Program-made: the position numbers and the translations under genes | The notes under the pieces: model-generated | The model's input: the letters and a program-made list of their open reading frames with translations, nothing else | Databases searched by the model: none | Told to the model about the DNA's origin: nothing | Shown here: positions 36,670 through 50,690 of the stretch, piece by piece | Layout: each line of letters begins with the position of its first letter | How positions within the stretch are numbered: the stretch's first letter is position 1 | NCBI GenBank assembly: GCA_030704615.1 | Contig: CM060731.1 | Location: 60,016,001-60,080,000, forward strand | Origin: Takakia lepidozioides | Taxonomy: Eukaryota; Plantae; Bryophyta | Direction: 5' to 3' | Length of the DNA: 64,000 nucleotides

Positions 36670-39600
36670 ATGGTGTCGGATCGGATCGCAATGCTGCTCA
36701 CGTCGCGTATGTCGGGGTCGTTTGCTCCCCGCCTTAACACGCACATATCTGGCTCAGTAAGCTCCTTGGTAGCGTCTTCGACCTCCAGGGGTGCGTTCTT
36801 ACGGAGGCCGCTCATACAATTCCAGAAGGAGAAGCTGAAATCGTTTCAACGGGTGCGACAGGTGGGGAGATTGTGCGATAGGAGGACTGTAGTCAATGTC
36901 GTGAGCACAGACAAGATCAATTTAAGTAGTAAAGAGTGTGCAGAACTGGATGAAGACGAATTTGAGAAGAGGTTTAATCTCCCGCACATGTCTGATGTCT
37001 TTGACGTCACCCCCCGGCTTTCCACTTTTTGCGCCAAGAGCAGGTGCTCACTCTCTCCCTCTTTTTTCCATAACTATGTCCAAGACGACTCCTTCTCCCT
37101 TCCCTTTGTTCTGAATAGAACCAGACGAGTTCTTACCCCTTTCCGCCAGGTTTACAGACGTTCTACCATTCTCTTTCATCATGCTCTGCAGTACTCCATG
37201 CGTCTAGCTGTTACAGAATAATGTTCGATTCGGAAAAGTTTAACTAATTCTGAGCATATACAGGTTGAGGATGTTTCCTATCATGTCTCAGGTTCTTTGA
37301 TAGCGAATTTGAGACTCAGGTCTTACTTCCCCAGTGTCAACTTCTAGAGTCGTATTGAAGGATAGAACGCACTGTTTCTTCGCAATAAGCATTAGTGCTA
37401 CTGTCTTGTCACTTGTTTTGCAATCCCGTCTAAAAGAATGGTAGTGCACTGGTCTTTGTGAGCGCACACGGGAATGCCAACTAAGGAGAACAATTGGTCC
37501 AATTTGCAGCTGTCCATTGCCAGAGAATGGCGCAAGTATTCGCTTTAGTGAGGATCTTGGCAAAATGTTCGTGCATGATGACGATCGCGTACTATTAAAG
37601 GTGCGTACCCTCTTCTGCAAAGTTCTCGCACATGTTCATTTTGGTGTGCATTCCACCAGAATCCTCATGTTTTATACTTGTTTGACTTGATAACAAGCAA
37701 AGAATCTTCTGAGGTAGGCTCAATCTACATGTGTTGCCTTTATTCAACAACTCGCCATAAGGACTCGCAATAAGGTCTCAAAGCTAGTCTCTTTTCAGAC
37801 ACATTCTGGAGACCATATTTGACCTGATAGCACCCTTCCAGATCCACTAGGTCAATTGAGTCATCTCTACCAAAATACCTATCCAGGTGAAATATGATTA
37901 GTTCATTCTAGAAATCTGCCCAGCAGTCACACTCTGAAGGCTCTGCAATTTCACCACATGATTTGAACAGGTGATAAAGTATGCAAGTCCATCATCAGCT
38001 GGTGCTGAATGTGTTGATGCCGAGTGCAACTTCATACACCAATGGTATGCATTCAAGCCCTACTGAGCCATCAAACCCTCATTTGTCCTAAGCTTGGGGA
38101 CAAAAGTCTGTTCAGAGACCTTTCTCGTCACACGTTTTTTTTTTTCCCCTTCCAATCAATTTTTGTAAGTGTCCACAATTGGGGATCCTTTGCAGAATCA
38201 AAGGGCCATTACAGGACGGAACAGTGTTGCTTGCATTCTGGATGCTGTGTCCAACAACATGGATATCAAATTCGACAGAGCTTAGTAGGTGAATTGATTT
38301 TGTGAAATGATGGGAACTAAGATAGGATGCCTCGTCCACAGATATATTGAAAACAGCCAACTTTTCAAGATGTAGATCCATGACACAATCTTAAAATTGG
38401 AAATGGACGCCATCACCCGGAGACTCGACCTGTGCCATGTGGTGAGAGAGATGTGGTCATCTCAGAGAACACAGCCAGGTTTATCATATGCATCCCACAT
38501 CTGTTGTCATGCTTGTGCTGAGGTTCTGTCTGCGATTTGGGGTTGAAGGTGACACCTCATATTTTTCCTCCAGACAGCAAAAGAAACATAGGAAAAAAGA
38601 ATGAGAGGACCAAAAGTACTCAGTGCCTACCGTAGAGGTGAGAGAGAGGTGTCGCGATCTATGATTACATGTGCTGAGCTGAAAGGAACTTTTGCTATGT
38701 GAAGGGTCCCAAGGGCTGGACCAAGGTCAAAAATCTTCTTCGATCCAATGGAAGTTAGCGCAGCAATTGTGACTTGTGGTGGACTTTGCCCTGGCCTCAA
38801 CGATGTCATTCGCCAGGTTTGTACTTTGGTCTCCTACAGTGTCAGCTTCCACCAGCCAGTGGTGGCTGCTGGAGTGGACAGAAAGATGTTTTTTATGTCC
38901 GTGGGAGGTCTGCCGAAGGACACAAATAGAACAAGAGAAGGATAGAGGGACAGAAGGGAAAAGAATTAGAAATGTGAGTCACGTTCTTCTGAGTTAGTCT
39001 GGTACAGGGTTTGTTATGAGGTGCTGTCTTGATCATAAACACAGCGCATACAAGTAAGATCTAAAGTCTCGCCTTTTGTATGATGCAGATTGTATTGACT
39101 CTGGATTGTTATGGAGTTAAGCAAATTCGAGGCATTACGTATGGCTACCGTGGGTTTTTTGAGGAGAACTTGCACGATATTCCTGTATGTCTCTCAAGTT
39201 ACTAATGATCTTGGTTTGAAGTTCTGTGACTGCACATGCATCCAAAAATGTACTCAGAGGACTCTGCTGCTGTAACCTGACAATCCTACCCCACGATAAA
39301 TATGGACAAAGCAGAAGGTGGGGAGGAGGGGGTACATGACTGCAGAGATGACGGAGTATACTCGCCAATAGATGTTAGAGACCTTCACTATCTTTGTTGC
39401 CCATGCTTGGCTTGTAGGGAGAGAAAATCTTCATACTTTCCTGAGTTCCTGACCTAATACTCGGTGGATCGAGTGGAAGAGGGGCGTAAGGCAGATCTGG
39501 GGAGAAAGATAATGCCCACACTGGGTGATTGAGAGAACCTTGGTAAAGAACGTTGATCCGGGTTTTCCAGATATCCTCTAGAAATCCCTTCACAGAAGCA

Positions 39601-42600
39601 TCAATCTGCTGTGTGTGGTTGGCCCAGTAACTAGACCCCAGAAGGGCCTGGGCTTTTGGCTCAGCCTCGAAACTTTAAAAGTTGGTAAATTTAGGTACAG
39701 GCACAATTCCCTTGATAGATTTGAGGAGAGCGTCTCTCTGGTGAGAGTACCCTGGACAGTGTATCAGGAAATGAATATTGTCTTCAGGTTGCCCACACAA
39801 CGGGCAATTGCACTCTCCCTTTCCTCTCTGCTTCTGTTTACTGTTCAAAGGTAGGCTTCCTGCCCTAGTTCAAATTTCAGTCTGGTGCCGAGAGTGGGTA
39901 GACCCTTGAGGTCATCCATGATATCCTACCCCATGTCACAGACTGGAAACAGGTTCAGGGAAGTTTTCTGCCTAACTTCATTTTCATCGGACAATTTTCT
40001 GGTAACAGACATGGCTTTGGACACTACAGACTCTAAGTCAGATTTATCCAGCAAGGTCAAGACTTGCGGGTCCAGATTCAGATGCGGGTGATTGAGAGAG
40101 AGAGAGAGAAGTAAGGAAGAAACTCTAAAATGCCCATTGGAAGCTCAAAGAGCTTATGAGACAAAGCAAAGTATGATACAAACTATTATCTGGGAAGAGT
40201 AGTATTTCATAGTATCTATATTAAAGAAAAAGGTAACAGAGCTCCATATTTTCTGGAACAACTGATTGTGCAACAACTTGACTGCGATTGTATGGTGCAG
40301 TTGACAAGGCAGGCGGTGCAGAACATCCATCTTGATGGGGGTAGTCTGCTTGGTGTCTCCCGCGGGGGTGCCAAAACCACCGACATTGTGGACAGCTTGC
40401 AGGTCATTGCGCATTACATTGAGATCTTCTAATTCTAGACTGGTTTGGTGAACCAAGTCACAAGAAATTTGCAGATATCGTTGAGGCAGTTCCACAGTCG
40501 CAGCTAATGTTTGTGTCACTCCTGGCCCCAACATGCTTGCCATACTCAGGTCTTAAACCTGAGTCTCAGGCCAAGTTGTGTTCCGTTTTTGTGATCTGTG
40601 GACCCTAGGCTTTGGTTGATCTTACAAAGTGTCAAAAAATGAGTTATGAAGCATAGTACACTGACTTGTAAAAGTTCCGTGGATGACTGCAGAAAAAACA
40701 TATCAACATGCTGTTTGTGCTAGGGGGCAATGGAACTCATGCAGGTGCCAATGCCATTCACAATGAGGTGATTGTACTTTCTGATGCCTACCACTATATA
40801 GCTTGTCTCCCTTTGTCAACTAGGTTTGTTGTACTCATCTGTGTGGTGCTACGGGAGGGAAGAAAGTATAAATTGTATCATCTCCAACAGAAGAAGAAAG
40901 ATGAACTATGATCTGGAGAGGCCCAGCCAACCATGGGATACAGTACAAGAGCCAAATCAAACAAATGAAAGGGTATGAAATGCTGGAGGGACCATCCGTT
41001 CAAGGGTCGTTGAATTCTGTTCACCAGCCCGAGGACTTGGAGCACACCGTTAATTTGTATTTATGTGTTTTTCTCAATCAAAAATCCTAACATTGCAGGA
41101 AGCCATCTTGCCTCATGCACGTAGGTGCATGTGTTGCAGGGACGTTTAATACTGCAGAGTCTGGAAGGCAAGCAGCAACCTTCTAACAATACTTTCTGGT
41201 GACATGCAGTGTCGAAGGCGCAATCTGAGAATTTGTGTCGTGGGGGTTCCAAAGACTATTGATAACGACATTTTACTAATGGACAGGACTTTTGGCTTTG
41301 ACACAGCTGTGGAAGAAGCACAAAAGGCCATCAATGCAGCCTCCATTGAGGTGCGGGTGGAAGATTGTGCCGTATTGATTAGTTGGCAGCAATGTCAGAG
41401 AACTCAGCTCATAGAAACAATTGATTTACTTGCAAGGTATCAATTGGAATTTCCCGTTTCGAATAGAGCAGTTCCCTTCGTTATAGCTAGCTATAAAATA
41501 TCTAACCACAAATATACGACTAAGTTTATTTATAAATGTAAAGCAATTTCGCCTAACATGTTTCAATGATGCAGGCAAATAGCGCATACAATGGAGTTGG
41601 AATTGTGAAGCTTATGGGCCGTCAAAGTGGTTTTATTTCCATGCATGCATCTTTGGCCAGTGGTCAGGTGGATGTTTGCTTAATTCCTGAGGTACTTTTC
41701 TCTTTCACATCTATTCTAAATACTGTCATGGATGTGGAATGAGTATACAATCCCATCTACCATGGGATTCCATTATTCAATACAATCTGAAGATTGCTGG
41801 ATTGATTTGCGTGCAAATGGCTGGATCCCAAAGCCTCTAACGATGCTAAACATTTCAATGGTGCATATAAAAGACTGTCTATGTGTGTAAAGGTTTCATA
41901 GCCTTTTATGGATCAGGGATATTTTCCTGAGCACATTTTAGATTATTTCTAAGACATTCACCACTACTCAAAATGCCATCAAATAGCGTATTCATTAACA
42001 ACCTACAGTGCATTGTGGGAATGAAACTCTCATTCAGGTGCCATTCAGCTTGGAAGGGCCTAGTGGGTTGTTACAACATATCCAGTATCTCATTGAGAAT
42101 AAAGGTCGTGCTGTCATCTGTGTGGCTGAAGGTGCCGGCCAGGTTAAAAACTTCTCACTTCTCTCTTTTCCTTTTTTGAGAAATGTAGGAGTATTTTTTA
42201 TACAATCTTTAGATTCTGTTCTGTCCCATAGGTTCTCTGGACCCCTCGTGGACACACTAAAACTCTTATCCTCTCTAATATGCACATCAAGTGAAATTCA
42301 GTTGGATTTTCCCTTGCAGATGTATTGTGATAGTTGGACTTGCTCACACACTTTAGTATCAATCCACTGTATGCGTGAGTGGCTGGGCTTCTTGAATTTG
42401 CCATGTGCACATGGGCATCTGTGTATTGACATGTATCATGTGAGCAGGAGATGCTACTGAAGTCAGGAGCCTCTGATGCTTCAGGAAACCCCATCTTGGG
42501 TGACATTGGTGTTCACCTCACTAAACTGGTGGGTTGCATGCTTTTCTCTTCCTCTCGTTTGAAAGCTACATCCCTGTCTGCACTACTGTCACCGTCAATA

Positions 42601-43996
42601 CCAGCCAGTTTGTTGATAGTCAGTTTGTTGATAGTGGGTTTGTTCAGAATGTTTCTTGTCCCATGAATTGGTGGAAGTCTCAAGTTGCTTTAATCTCTCT
42701 CTCTCTCTCTCTAGTCCGGTGTGGGTTGGATGTCCAAAGGTAGATTGGCCCTCCGATTAACACTCAGAGAAATGTGTCCAGCAAGAGTGTTCCACTGACA
42801 TGAGAAATGTTCCAAATTTTCAACAGCATTTTTCAGTGCACGTAGTGGCAAACACTGCTGTGCTTTACACTGTCAGTGAGAATGATGAAGGACTCGAATG
42901 GCTGGAAGTCCTCTCACGACGACGGAAGGACACCATGCGTTAACCATCCCTGAATTCTCTCCAGACTAACTGTAACACTGTCCCCTCTCGGCTGTGGCTT
43001 GGTTCTAAAATTTCAAGCTTGATACAAATGGGCCTTCATTTATGATGTACCAGTATCTCTCAGCCTGGCACTGTCTGTGGGCATGTTGGTCCACATTCTA
43101 ATGCTCAATATGCACATAACTCCAGTACACCTTGAAAGCATAGGAAACATCCAATGGTTTTCTGAAGGACCTACATCTCAGTCCTTCTCTGACATGTTTC
43201 TGTCATAAATTAACTGACTTCAGGTGAAGAATCATTTCAAGAATATTGGGATGTCAGCAGATGTGAAGTACATCGATCCTACTTACATGATCCGTGCATG
43301 CCGTGCCAATGCCTCCGACAGCATCCTTTGTGCTGTACTTGGCCAAAATGCGGTATGTTGCTTACCACAACAAAACACAAAGATAATCCAGGCAAATTGG
43401 GGCCTAGTGAATTGCCAACTGTGATCACAACGTCATCAGCTGTCCACAAATGGTATAAGAGAGCTTTGACGCTGTTTCCACCATCAGTACCATCAAGACT
43501 AGACCCACTAGGGTATATCATAAGGATACCATAGCATAATATACCATTGTACAATGATCCTTAGGTTGGTACGGATGATACATCAGTACCATCATGGTAC
43601 CATCCACAAGGATACCATAGCACAATGGCGAATGTTCAGTCTATAGTACATCTCTGATAATGTCTGTTATTCTACTTCCTCCCTCTGAATGGGTATATGG
43701 CCACACTAAACGAGCAAAATGTATCAAATATGGAGTGCAATTAGAATCCCACTGATTTTGTGAAATGAGGTCTTGACAGCTACGAGGTCTCCAATTGCTT
43801 CCGTGTGTGGCAGGTTCATGGAGCTTTTGCTGGATACAGTGGGATCACAGTGGGGTTGTGTAACAACCACTATGTGCTACTCCCTATCCCTGAGGTCATT
43901 GGGTATGCAAGGAATGTTGACCCAAACAGTCGTATGTGGCACCGCTGTCTAACCTCAACCGGTCAACCAGACTTCCTTTCACATGGCATGTCATAG
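36670..43996 (+). CDS. PFK5: ATP-dependent 6-phosphofructokinase, plastid PFK5-like, 13 exons
   Basis: Exons 36670-37043, 37510-37600, 37971-38044, 38705-38816, 39089-39184, 40301-40402, 40693-40767, 41210-41350, 41575-41691, 42038-42142, 42448-42528, 43224-43352, 43814-43996, all GT-AG and in frame. Motifs [86 protein letters not shown]-rich transit-peptide-like N-terminus. Confidence 0.95.
39375..40090 (-). mobile_element. 5'-truncated non-LTR retrotransposon (LINE) fragment in PFK intron 5
   Basis: Minus strand RAGSLPLN...[24 protein letters not shown] is the CCHC knuckle typical of LINE ORF2 C-termini. Confidence 0.75.
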
Positions 43997-44739
43997 CTTT
44001 CTAACTGATTCTGACGGCTTTCAAATTTTGAAAGTTCTTTCCTACTGAGATGAGAAAACCGATGGGGGTTTAGTGTGTTGATCAGACGCCATCTCAAGCC
44101 TCTCCCAACATGAGAAGCTTTTAACTGTGGCTGCGAATACGAGATTGACCATTTTGCACCTGAGTAGAGCTGGAGTAATTCCAACTGTCAATAAAAGAAC
44201 TAACCTCATTGTGTTGTCCCTATATGAACTTTCCTTTTTTCTTCCCCTCCAGCCTCCTCTGCCTGCGAAACTCTAGGCTGCTAGCAGACACTGTTGCATA
44301 TCACAGTAACACTCTAAATCCGTTGGTAAAACCAAGTCTGTCACAGCCCAGTCTAGCAAATAGTCATTGAGGAGCTAATGCAAAGCCGGAACTAGTAAAA
44401 AGATGGCCAGCTAAGGAAGGGAGAGCAGAAAAAGCATGCCAGGAGTAGTAGCTAGCCAAGATATTCTCAGAGCAAGGGGGCAGGAGTTCTACAAGGGATT
44501 TCATGCTTAGTCTAGACACAGCAAATTAGAGTGTCCAGAGAGCAACGATCACTCCAGCGTCTGAAGTCCAGATACTCCCTGCCAAGCTAGGAGAGAGACT
44601 TGTAGGTTCTAGGTTTCTAGGTTGAGTTATAAATTTCTCAGATGCTGTTGAGTTGTTTGAACACTTGCTACAAAAGCTCGGATGTATCAAAGGCACTGGG
44701 ACAGCTTCTGATGTGGAGAATGACAAGCCAGAATTATGG

Positions 44740-47700
44740 CTGTAGAAATTCTGGAAAGAGTTGGGCAACTTTAAGACTTAGGGCTTCTTTATACTGCGAC
44801 CCACCAGTGAGAACCCAACAAGCCTCTTAGGATTCCAAAGCCAGTGTAGAATCCAAGCCAGACACTCTTCAAACCAAGACAGCTCAAAATGCCATGCCAT
44901 GATTTTCCTTACTCCAAACACCGTTCATTCACCATGTCAGACATAAATCAACAGACCAGTTGTGGGGGAAATTCCCCACCCTCACCCCAAAGCTGGATTC
45001 TCGATAAATTCTGACTAGGTGACAAGTCAGATTGGGTTATCATTCGAGAACCCTAGTGTGAAGGCTCCAAAACCCAATTTATAACTTCCGGTGAAACACC
45101 AATCGTGATTGCAACTTGGAATTTGTCATTTGGGCTGCAGTGTGAAGTGGCCCTTATTCAGATTGTATTCTTGTTACATCACTAACTATTTTGGTAGGGA
45201 GAACATATTTTAACCAAGTATCGCCCTGAAGTCCAGAAACATGTACCTTAGCATGCTGTTGCTGAGGGCAGAGACTGGATTCCTAAAGGGGAGGGTTTGG
45301 GAAAGATGAGATGCCTTCAAATAGGCTCACACTATTGACTCATTATCATTGTGAGAAATTCAGAAGGGACATATATAGACAGTCTAATTTGCAAACTGAA
45401 CAGAGTAAGTCCTCCATAAGGGAGATATTGCTGACTTGCCACACTTTAAGGCACAATGATCACCCATGCCGAAAACTGATTCAAGGGCTTGGCGTCAATT
45501 GCGCTAAGAAATCAGCTAGTGAGTCTAGATAACCGGCCACCTGATAGAGAAAAGGAAGACATTCCAAGTCATTTTCTTATCCAAGCATATATCAACTATG
45601 ATAGATGAGACCTTTAGTTTTTGGATGGATAATGGACAAGGCCGCTTTTAAGGACATTGAGCTTCCTATCAGGAGAACCTGTCATTTGCTCAAAGCCTGG
45701 ACTGGACTGCAAGAAGACATTGAGGATATGAACTGTTCAAGCATTACACAAAGTGAAAGAAAGAAAGAAACTGTATGATGTCCACTGAAGCTTACAGAAC
45801 AAGCCTGCATAACAGGCCAACCAAATGAGAACATGGGGCTGAAAGTACCTGAAGCAGGATGCCCTTGCCCGTCAATCCCTCCACAACAATGCCAGCTGTC
45901 AGTCCTAGCATTGCCCATCCTCCGTTAATTGCTTCAATCTCACGGCGTCTCTGCATCCCACAACTTCATGATGAAAAACCAAAGTATAGACACCAGTATC
46001 TGCCTCTCTCTCAAGGGGACCAAATACTTTTGAACTTTCTGCCTCTTTAAGGCATCATAGATGTTTCCTGAAGTGGTCATTTCTTTGTTCTACGCTGTCC
46101 CATAGACCTTTGTGGCCCTCTGGACATTATAAAGTTTCTTTCCTTCTTTCTCCTGATTCCAGTCTCTTTCATTATCCCCTATCGCCAAGTTGCCCCCATG
46201 AAGTGGGACTGCACTATGCGCTCTGCAGATGTTGGCACTATAATAACAACTCAGAAGTTGTTGGAATCACAGATTTCAAAGTGCCGAGAGTACCTGGAAT
46301 TTTGCACGGGCTTCCAGCAACCTCCACTCTTCAGCAGCCAAGCGCTTGGCCTCCAAGGGGTCCACCATGTTAACCACCTTGGGCTCTCTTCTTGATCCTC
46401 TCAATGTGCCATTTACTTTTCCCTGGATTCGAAATAAACCAGACCTTCTTTTACGAACAGTGTAGTATTGATTGCAAGCTGTTAGAACTCAGTGGAGTCC
46501 GCTTTCTCTCATCTTGCATTGAGGTTTTAATTCTACAGAAATGCAAGTTCTCTCAAGGCGTAATGATCTGGGACTTACTGTACCATTCAATGTGATGATA
46601 ACCATGCTGCATACCTTTCCCGATATCATGCATGCATGCATGCCTGAGACGAGGAAAAGCTCAAGTCTCAATGCAGTAACTACTCTGATATGGAAAAAAC
46701 CAATTAATCAAGTTCCTCTACTGCAAGGGTGCATACGGTATTCAAACTTTGTCCACATCAACCTATTAAATGTAGCTCCATCCTAGCACGTCTTTCATAT
46801 TGGAGACACTAACAAGCAAGACAGACAGGAGAGAGAAGTGGGTGTATGGGCATATCAGAATTACAAGAGCACACCAAAAGAACTGGAGATTTGTTCCATC
46901 CATGCGCCTTTGGTACGCATGGGGAAGAGAGGCAAAGGCCATGTGAGGAAAGTACATACATCAACTCCCCCAACTGCACGAACAACTGGGACCCTTGTTC
47001 TCTTCCATGGTATGCTCTGCCCCAATCCAGACACCCTGAATTCTCCATTGTTGCTACTGCAGCCTGCTTCCGTTCACATCAACAGCATGGCAAGAGCATG
47101 ACAAGAACTTCCTATAGGATATGTGACAGTTTATGGGAGAGGAGATATGTCAATCATGTCTTCATTTACCGGGAAAGATGATAACCCCGTCCTCACCTCA
47201 CAGCCAACAATCTCCACGACTTAGTTTCTTTCCACTTGCTCTGGTCTCCAAGTAATACAACCGCTTTGCAGGTATCACATTCATGTCCTCTGACATTTCA
47301 TTTGAATATGTCAACCAAGTTTTCTTGCTTAGAGAAATGTAGGAAAAGACCGTCACGCCATCACCACAAAACATCCTGAGTCATGCTACGATTTATGGCA
47401 AGAGACGTGGTTTAGATACCCAGCATTATGATCACCATTCTCCCATCAATGTGTACTTATCCCAAGATGTAAATTTACTTCCTATATAATACAATTGCTT
47501 ATCGAAGAAGACATGACGAATCTCTTCACTTCCACAATGCACCATCTCCACTATCTTATTTACTATACAGTCAGTCCACAGCATTCCAGGTCAGAAACTT
47601 TTGTAACCAACCTGCGACACCGAATAAGCTTATGATTCATTGTCTCTACTTCGCTATGCGAAAACAATCTAAAATCTAGGCCTGGCAAGTGTCGTGAATT

Positions 47701-49690
47701 GAAGTTCTACTTGAGAATCGGAAAGAGAAGACCTACAAAAAGAGATGAAAAATTCCCATAAAGGATATTAAATAGAGCGGCAGTGACATAAGACAGTGAG
47801 ATTAAAACATTAAGAAAACGAAACTGAATTCGGGAGTTCCATCTTCGAGCCACTCACTGGAGAGCGACGTCGTAGGGGTGAAAAGAGATATCCCCAAGCT
47901 TCTTGTTGATGGCCGAGACTGAGGAGAGAGATGCGACGAAGCTCCAACAAAGCCAGATGTCTGAGGAGCTTGCAGCAGCATCATCGCCTTCTTCGTCTCT
48001 CTCCCTGCGATTCTTCTCCCCCCTCCTGCCTTGGCCTCCGCCCACAAAACGAAGACGATAACCGGTGACCACCGGTCGACCCTCCGTGCTGGCCACCGGT
48101 GATGGCCGGTGCAAACTCACGGAGATATAGCACCACGTGGCGGAAGATTCAGCCACGCGCAAATATCCACTCTGGAAGTTACTGCTCCTATTTACCGGGA
48201 TGCATTCGTAGAATTGGTAAAAGGTACAGTTTTCACTTTTGACTCGTTATGCCTGAAGCCGAGTCACAGCATTTGGAAGACATGGATCCGTGATGCTGTC
48301 TTCCTGCGAGAGGCATATATTAGTTCAGAGCTTATTGAAAAAGCCCTCAGGTATTGGTGTAGGAAAGATTGGCTGGCCTGGTGGAAGGAATGAAGCATGC
48401 CAAGAAATGCAACCAAGGAAGAGTGTGAAGGTGGGGATGCAGATGAAGATGATGAAGATATCGGTAGTGACATGGACCTGAAGAGGGAACGTGCAGAAGG
48501 GCTCTCCGTGGATTGCAGGCAAGATCACAGAGGACCAGTTGAGGAATCTGGCTCAAAGAGTAGTAGGTCGCCAGCAGATCTTAAAGCAGAGGTCACAAGG
48601 AGCAGCAAGTGGGAACCATGGTAGGGTTTTAGTTCTTGAACAGAATGAGAAGGAAAATGCCAGGGAAGACAGGGATTATGAGGGTGACAGCAAGTTTGAC
48701 ACGCCAAGTCTCTAACATTGATGGGTAGAAAAGAGGCAAAGTCCTCAATGAGTAGAGCACATTTGGATGTGTCAGTTTGGCTGGAGGTTTTGATTACAGA
48801 GTGGGGTCCCAAAGGGGGTTGCACTGACAATTCCCTGCACAGCCAGGGGACCTGAGGCTGGAGTAGGATACTCCAGAAACCTTCAGCACCAGCCTGCCCC
48901 AACTGCCCCCCCCCCTGGGGTTTCACCAAAGGGTTCTCAAATTCAAAACTAGAAAGTTGAAAATTACTGGGAATGCAAGGCAAGATCAAGACTTCACGTG
49001 ATAATCAACTCCCAATTTGCCTCAGGTGCAGGGATACTGACAGATAGAGTAGTTGGGGCATTTGGGACCAGAAGACTTGTCCATAACCATGGGTCTAAGA
49101 GCTTAATGGGTTTTGCTAGCTGGTGAGAGAAGCCTTCCTCACGGGGACCCTAGTTGTCAATTGTGCTGTCCTGGTAATCCAAACCAGAGTGACATGGGCA
49201 CTTTCAAATATGGCAGGAAAAAGGGCCTTGTAAATGAGACATTCTCTCTAACAGCGCAACATGAAGGTGATAATATCCCTCCATGATGTGATACTATTCC
49301 ATGGGTTATCTGAGTAAAGATTAATCACCAAACAACATAGTGTCTCAGTTCCATTGGTGTTGGGCTAATCCCAGCTTGTGGTGAAGTTGACTGGCACATG
49401 AATCCACTATGGACTTGAAAACATTTATTTGATAAACATCTGCTTGATCATCGAGGAGGAAGGTGGAAAAATGCAGAGGTGCAGCTGTAAATGGTGTACA
49501 TTAACTGTTTCACATCAGCAGGATCATATTTTTTAGGCAACTACTCAATGTCAAGGAAGGCAGGCTTGAATTGGATTTCCATGGAGGAGACAAAAAGATG
49601 TCTTCGGAAGAGGCGCGACTCCAATCTCGGTGCTAGTAAAACTGCTGGGATCTAATGTCAAGTCTCCCTTGGAGATATGCAAATGCCTGT
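44740..49690 (+). repeat. Local segmental duplication, copy 1
   Basis: 44760-46443 matches 60555-62204; 47654-48250 matches 62204-62842; 49570-49690 matches 62920-63045. Confidence 0.9.
45481..47984 (-). CDS. SEP5: LHC-like stress-enhanced protein, SEP5/At4g28025-like, 5 exons, about 169 aa
   Basis: Exons 47984-47858, 47681-47612, 46444-46294, 45950-45849, 45540-45481 splice in frame. Transit-peptide-like N-terminus, then VNMVDPLEAKRLAAEE...RRREIEAINGGWAMLGLTAGIVVEGLTGKGILLQVAGYL (ExxNG.WAM LHC motif). Exon 2 and the exon 3 acceptor are less certain. Confidence 0.85.
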
Positions 49691-49915
49691 TGGACGGCTT
49701 TTACACACCCATCCCTTAGCTATCCGAGGCGGATACTCAAGGGTGGAGGTGCTGGAGTACTCTAAGTATTCTGACCGTTCAGACAGTCAAACATGACCTG
49801 CACCTAGTGTATGATGGGGGTGCCATGAACTTGCTCCATCATAATCAGTGTACTTGGGTATCCTAGTCGTAGATTACTTATGTAAATGTAATCTCTTCAG
49901 TTCAAGTTTCTTTTC

Positions 49916-50690
49916 CTATCTAAGCATGCCACAGCTTCGCTCAGGTCTCTCTACACAAGTGTGGGAGTCAAAGTAAGGTTTCCTCAATGCTTTCATGAAA
50001 TACAAACAAACCGCAGCCTCTATGTCCTCAGCTCTGCCTTCTTCCTCTACCCTTCTCCTGGGCCGCACATCCTGATAGTTACGGACCGGAATGAGGGGTA
50101 AGGTCCGATTTGGGCCGTCAATGCAAGACCAATATCGCCGGTGTATGTTTTGCCGTTCCACCTGGGATCTCATGACAGAACACGCTGCATAATAACTGCC
50201 ACACCCCATGACAATGTTGGCTACCTCTGGTGTCATTGTGGATATAAATCCAAGGAGCATTTGGAAGCCAAGTAACTCATACAAAATTCCGGCAGCCTGC
50301 CATAGCCTAACGAAACGATGGTCCTCAATGACTTGTTCTGGCTCAAACACCTGAAATCGACTTGCCAGGGAATCCCGTGGCGCATGAGGTTATAATATTG
50401 ACCCAAAGTGTCTATGGGAGATAAATGCTTCCACAATTTATTCATAACTTGGGGAATGGAATATGGTAATATGAGCATATCTTCGCTATATGATTTCCAT
50501 TCAAGATCCTCGACCTGGGGTAGTGAAATTGTTCCATGCTCCAGCTGGTTGCTATTGATTCATCTTCTCTTATAACCAAATTTTGCACACATTGTAAAAT
50601 CGCATGTGAATTTGTTGTGGGGTGTTGATGGTGCATGTTGCTGTCAATATATGATAGAGATGCAGAGAGAGACCACAATGACATTGCCAT
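49916..50690 (-). pseudogene. Frameshifted intronless ORF of unknown function
   Basis: Three overlapping minus-strand ORFs (50442-50690, 50233-50478, 49916-50350) join by two single frameshifts into one protein-like sequence; no family recognised. Confidence 0.4.

Noticed and set aside
46809-47100. Possible decayed PPR fragment in SEP5-like intron 2
   Set aside because: Only a GCLDWGRAYH-like resemblance; too weak to support.
48250-49570. Possible LINE 5' region inserted in duplicate copy 1
   Set aside because: Extra sequence relative to copy 2 is evident, but no diagnostic endonuclease or RT motif was readable.
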